Assembly: GCA_964035575.1 (NCBI GenBank) | Contig: OZ037833.1 | Location: 2,604,001-2,668,000 of the forward strand | DNA: 64,000 bases | Source of the DNA: Rhynchopus sp. YZ270_cl-10 | Lineage: Eukaryota | Reading direction: 5' to 3' | Shown here: positions 58,975 through 64,000 of the stretch, one piece after another | How positions within the stretch are numbered: position 1 is the first letter of the stretch | How the letters are laid out: every line of letters starts with the position of its first letter | Notes under the pieces: model-generated | Told to the model about the DNA's origin: nothing | Seen by the model: the letters and a program-made list of their open reading frames with translations, nothing else | Databases searched by the model: none | Made by a program: the position numbers and the translations under genes

Positions 58975-60121
58975 CAAACGGCATATATCCCCCCCCACAG
59001 TGAGAGGTATTTATCTGTCAATTTTTTTTTTATATGCGTTGTCTTTTGATTCAAGCCTTTCTCTATCGGAGGGTTAGTTTTGGAAGATTTTCACTGCAAT
59101 CATTAGAGGTTCTCACAGTCCTCCTACATTATTTTTTTATTTATTCTCTCTTTTCTAGGCGACAGTTTGCTCAGGATCATCTGTAGTATTTCTCTCTCTC
59201 CTCTCTCTTCACAATCAAACTTGTTTGAGCAGCTTTGCTGCGGATTGGGGGGTTCGGATAAAAAGACATACAAATAATAGCGACAATTCCTCTCACTTTT
59301 TGATATTTTCTACCACTTACTTACGGTAAGGTTGGAAGGGGACCGGGAATAAACAACACCTCCTTCATCAGGATTTTCAATTTTTGATTCCCTAGTCGGT
59401 GTGTTTCTCCTCCCCCGTACGTACAGGATTGGCTGCACCATCTCGTTGTATTCATTTTTCGTTGCTTTTTTTTTTTAGATGATGTATAGGTACCTCCTGG
59501 GTTGTTGCAACAAAAGAAAAGTTTGTTTCATTTATTCTGTTGCAAAAAAAGGGAAAACCCGACCCTCTTACCCAGGGAGGGTCATTTTTTATTCTCAAAT
59601 AGGATACAATTCGAAAAGCTACTAAAAGGGTGTTGTGATGAGAAACGGACATAAAAAGGGAAGGGTTGTCTTCAGATTATTACGAATGCTTTTTTTGGTA
59701 AAAGGGATCATCCCAGAAATCCTTTGGATTTTGTGAGATCCACCATACACACCCAAATTATGAATATTTGATAGGCTGACTAATGAGTTTTGCCTTTTTT
59801 GTTCTTTGCCTTCTTTTCGTTTAGAAAAGAATGTATATGAAACAATTTTCTTCCTTTTTTTCTCCTCCGTTTTCTATCCCTGTCTCACTGCCTGTGAACA
59901 GTGCAGTTTTTTTTGTGCAGTGGTGAAATTCGTTGAGTTATGTTGTGGTCAGAACCAGGCTGGAAAAGTAGACCCCTGGTAGGAGTACAGGGAATTGTGT
60001 TCCGATCACACCAGGTTACAGTGTTTATTACACAAAACTTCATTTATGTGTAGGATTTTACCGGGTAAAGGTGTGTTCGTTGACTCTGTTAAGGGTTTCC
60101 TCTTCTGGGTGGGGGGTGTGG

Positions 60122-60240
60122 TAATGGCAGTATTGTGATGGGAGCTCATTGAAATCTGCAAAATACATCAAATACATTACAATGCGTGTATTTTGATGTA
60201 TTTTGCGTATTCAGCTCCCATCACGATACTGCCACCATTA
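60122..60240. repeat. Long imperfect palindrome (MITE-like)
   Basis: TGGCAGTATTGTGATGGGAGCT / AGCTCCCATCACGATACTGCCA, plus inner GCAAAATACATCAAA / TTTGATGTATTTTGC. Confidence 0.7.
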
Positions 60241-60569
60241 GGATGTGGGGATGATTCCTGTTTATTGTATGTCCATATTTTCCTTTGCTACTTCAATTCA
60301 AACGATAGGCGTGGGTTATCTTTTAACTACGCTTTTCGACCAATATGGCCCATTTTTTTAGAAGTTCCCTCCCCCTTGTTGTGCGCAAGGAGTGGCAAAT
60401 GCTGTGTGTCAAATTTTATGTACCAGATGTTTAGCTAATGTCTTAACATACTGAGTACATTTTTTTAGGCCTTTTCTGTCACTTCCAATCGTATTTTACA
60501 AGACAGTTTTTTTATCCCCTTATGGCAGCCTTTTCTGTCACCAACCCACAGAAATGTGTATGTGGGTTA

Positions 60570-60706
60570 CCAGGGTTCTATATAGGTCCGGTCACTCGGT
60601 CGGTCTGACCGAGCCAGACGTTGACTCGGTCAGACGTTTTTTTTGAGCCAGACCGATCCTGACCGAGCCAGCCCCTCGTGGGCGGAATTCTATATAGAAC
60701 CCTGGG
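60570..60706. repeat. Small TIR element remnant
   Basis: CCAGGGTTCTATATAG / CTATATAGAACCCTGG; internal GACCGAGCCAG repeats. Confidence 0.55.
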
Positions 60707-60736
60707 TTACATTGCTTTTTTTTTTTCTTTCGCCCG

Positions 60737-61070
60737 TTACTGGGGGGGGGGGGCGAATAGAAGACCCCTGCCGAATACAAGACCCCGCCGAATAGAAGAC
60801 CCCTTTTTTTTTGGCCGTTTTCATAAAATATATTTTAGAATAGAAGACCCTAGTGGGCTTACGTGTAGCATACAAGACCCTAGTAGGGTCTTGTATTTAG
60901 CATACTGTAACAAAATTAATTTTTTACGCTATGCTAAATCCTAAAAGGGTCTTGTATTCAACGGACCATAAAATATTTATCGAAAAATTTTATGTTTGAA
61001 AACCCCCCTAAAAAAAGCGCTGACATGGTGAATACAAGGGGGGGGTCTTCTATTCGCCCCCCCCCAGTAA
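60737..61070. mobile_element. MITE with internal AATA(C/G)AAGACCC repeats
   Basis: TTACTG(G)nCGAATAGAAGACCCC / GGGGTCTTCTATTCG(C)nAGTAA. Confidence 0.65.
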
Positions 61071-61935
61071 TGCTTACTGTAGTAAGCATGCGAATCTGTT
61101 CATTGCGTTTTTTTTTTTTTTTTCTTCCGTTTTGGTGTGTTCCGGGGTATCGGAAAATACAAATTTTCACCAATCTTCACCAATCTTCACAAGTTTTCAC
61201 AAGTTTTCACAACATAATTTTTGGCCATTTTTTTGTGAAGAATTGTGAAGAGTTGTGAATAGTTGTGAATAGTTGTGAAGAGTTGTGAATTGAAATGAAA
61301 ATTTGGATGAAAAAAACACAGATGTTGTGAAGATTTGTGAAGAGTTGTGAATTGGAGGGAAAAAAAGGGGGGTGTTTTTTTCCAGGGTTTTTGCAGGACT
61401 GGTCAGGTAAAGTGTGCTGTGCAGAGGGCTAGCTAGCGTGGGTCTGTGAGTCAAGCTGGCCGTACCACCCCACCCCCTGTGCGGAGGAGGACGACGGAAG
61501 TCCGCGGCGTGTTCGTTTGTTGCCTTTTTTTTTTTCAACATGTTCACAACTCTCAAGAAAGTAGCGTACCGTGCGCCTGCGACGCAGCTAAAAATTACTA
61601 GCGGTAGCCCACAGCTCTACCCGAAATGTTGCGTACCGTGGCTTCGCTAGAAAAGTTTTGTACCAGTGGCACTACCACTTGTTTCCCTGTTTTTTGTACC
61701 GTTTTACTCAAAACACAGCTGGGCGCAACTAGCACCATACTCACCTGAACTGTGCCTATATTAGGCACAATTTCAGCACACTTTCAGCACAAGTACACAC
61801 ACGTACACGTCGGGGCCATATTCTGAGCAAGAATTACCCCCACTAGTTATCAAACACACGTACACACAATTAACCACAATTACACCTAAGTTGCTCTGGG
61901 GGAAAAAATGGTACACCACCCGACAGGACTACTGC

Positions 61936-62489
61936 ACTGTACTGTACTGTACTGTACTGTACTGTACTGTACTGTACTGTACTGTACTGTACTGTACTGT
62001 ACTGTACTGTACTGTACTGTACTGTACTGTACTGTACTGTACTGTACTGTACTGTACTGTACTGTACTGTACTGTACTGTACTGTACTGTACTGTACTGT
62101 ACTGTACTGTACTGTACTGTACTGTACTGTACTGTACTGTACTGTACTGTACTGTACTGTACTGTGTACTGTGTACTGTGTACTGTGTACTGTGTACTGT
62201 GTACTGTGTACTGTGTACTGTGTACTGTGTACTGTGTACTGTGTACTGTGTACTGTGTACTGTGTACTGTGTACTGTGTACTGTGTACTGTGTACTGTGT
62301 ACTGTGTACTGTGTACTGTGTACTGTGTACTGTGTACTGTGTACTGTGTACTGTGTACTGTGTACTGTGTACTGTGTACTGTGTACTGTGTACTGTGTAC
62401 TGTGTACTGTGTACTGTGTACTGTGTACTGTGTACTGTGTACTGCGTACTGTGTACTGTGTACTGTGTACTGTGTACTGTGTACTGTGT
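61936..62489. repeat. Compound satellite: (ACTGT)45 then (ACTGTGT)47
   Basis: Pentamer 61936-62160; heptamer 62161-62489 with one T>C variant near 62445. Confidence 0.97.
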
Positions 62490-62931
62490 AAAAACCATAG
62501 GGGGGACCCTATGGATTTCCGATGTCCGAGTTTGAGGCCCAAAAATTCCATTAAAGCAAGAATTTTTAACTTTGGAGTATCTGTGGTACTCTCATATTTT
62601 TTCCTAACTCGCACAAAATTTCTAAAAACGGTGTTAATAATCCCCACCAAAAAGGCGGATAAGACGAAAGGAGACGAAGTAACCGCCAAGGACTCACCAG
62701 TGCGTCGATCCATAATGTGTGAGAGATGCAAAACAACCACCGCCATAATGGAATTAACCTGTAGGTTAACCTCACACAGGACAGTCTCGTCGCCCACAAA
62801 GGTCAATAATACACTCCGGATTTTGGGGACAATTTTTGACCGAAATGGGCCGCCTATTAGTGACCGGGCTCATATTTTCCGAAATTTAAGAGGTCATAAA
62901 ATTGTCCAATTTTCAACGTCGGCCCCACCAC

Positions 62932-63620
62932 TCATACTTGGACCGCCCGAAATATATTTCGGGCATTTCGGGCGGATTAGGGGCGGATTTCGGGCGATTT
63001 TGTGCGCCCGAATTTGCCCGAAAACGCCCGAAATGCAGATTTCGGGCGGATTCGGGCGCTTTTTCCTTAGTGAAAACCGACTAGGTAGGTTTCTATTCAT
63101 TTTTGCAAAAAACTTTTTATATTTGGAAATATTTGATGTCAAATCTGTCAAAATAAGCAAGAATCGAAAACTTTTGTACACCTGAGTGCACTTTGGGAAT
63201 CACCACCAAACACGGGTTTTCTGACTATCATGTGCTTATTCCCACCCAAAACACACTATGAACCGGGGTTTCACCATTTTTTCGTATTTCAAGGTGAATT
63301 TTTGTGAATTGTCGGGTCACAGGGTGGTTCTGACCCATTCTCGGGGTGTTTCGGACTTTTTGCTCAATTTTTTTTTCTTTGAACAAATTTTGTGCCAATC
63401 TTTCAAATAAAGCGTAAAATTTTTACACTGGTGGCATGCTTCCCAGCACACATAAGATACTCCAGTGCACCGATTGTGCGCCCGAATTCGCCCGAATTAC
63501 GTATAAATTCCCTTTAAAACGCCCGAAATATATTTCGGGCACATTTCGGGCGCTCGGGACCCGCGCCCGAAAAATCCGCCCGAATTCGCCCGAAATTTTT
63601 TTCGGGCGGTCCAAGTATGA
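62932..63620. mobile_element. TIR element with GCCCGAA/TTCGGGC subterminal repeats and 4-bp TSD CCAC
   Basis: TCATACTTGGACCGCCCGAAA at 62932 and TTTCGGGCGGTCCAAGTATGA ending at 63620. CCAC at 62928-31 and 63621-24. Confidence 0.8.
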
Positions 63621-63852
63621 CCACTGCACGGGGATCCCAAAAATGCAATCCAAGTCAAAAAGTTGAAAAAAAAACACACCTAAAAACACGTGGCCCAAGA
63701 ATGGCCCAAAAGGGTCCAAATCGTCCCGTCAGCCGCACCATTTTAGGCACTTTTTGCACATAGAACCTCCTGTGTTGCCAACCAACGTCCTCCAAAAGGT
63801 GTCCTGTACCTACCTGGGTACCTGGGTGCCCAGGCACCACCCAGACTTCGCC

Positions 63853-64000
63853 AACTTCACAACTCTTCACAACTCTTCACAACTCTTCACAACTCTTCAC
63901 AACTCTTCACAACTCTTCACAACTCTTCACAACTTTTCACAACTCTTCACAACTCTTCACATACACGTTTTTGTGAAAATTTGTGAAGAGTTGTGAATAG
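63853..64000. repeat. (CTTCACAACT)n array switching to TTGTGAA repeats; probable foldback element running off the window (similar array at 61160-61350)
   Basis: About ten 10-mer copies, then the inverse motif from ~63971. Confidence 0.75.

Noticed and set aside
61886..63185. Long ORFs (306, 214, 425, 189 aa) with YCTVL/STQYTVH repeats
   Set aside because: They are translations of the stop-free ACTGT/ACTGTGT satellite.
1..64000. CRISPR array, spliced-leader RNA gene or autonomous transposase
   Set aside because: No regularly spaced repeat-spacer array, no recognisable SL exon, and no DDE/RT ORF was found by eye.

Overview
Eukaryotic protist genomic DNA. The layout (all genes on one strand, short GTATG...CAG introns, poly-T intergenic tracts) best fits a euglenozoan such as a diplonemid, but that assignment is an inference. 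Positions ~2.9-51.3 kb carry 15 supportable protein genes, all on the + strand: Fringe/GT31-like glycosyltransferase; MGCxxS-acylated protein with a C-terminal FCP/SCP phosphatase (two ORFs joined by a 47-nt intron); RluA-type pseudouridine synthase; K/E-rich protein; Mlo-like protein; AP-4 sigma; SRP68; two paralogous Cys-rich secreted proteins; a 2-TM protein; an EF-hand-like protein; a bacterial-type AA10 LPMO fused to a CBM1-like module; a secreted CUB-WD40 protein; an MsrA-like protein with its catalytic Cys replaced by Ser; and a ~2440-aa, 7-exon Calx-beta-like/Cys-repeat membrane protein. The last ~12.6 kb has no credible gene. Intergenic DNA contains an LSU rRNA fragment, many non-autonomous TIR elements with readable TSDs (including a TG..CA, 5-bp-TSD foldback family with its empty site in the window) and an ACTGT/ACTGTGT satellite. 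The most striking unexplained signal is a set of at least five short hairpin families (A-E). They recur more than 35 times on the transcribed strand in shuffled clusters, show compensatory base changes and GNRA/UUCG/CUCG loops, and are usually followed by a T tract. They are a candidate undescribed structured-RNA system.
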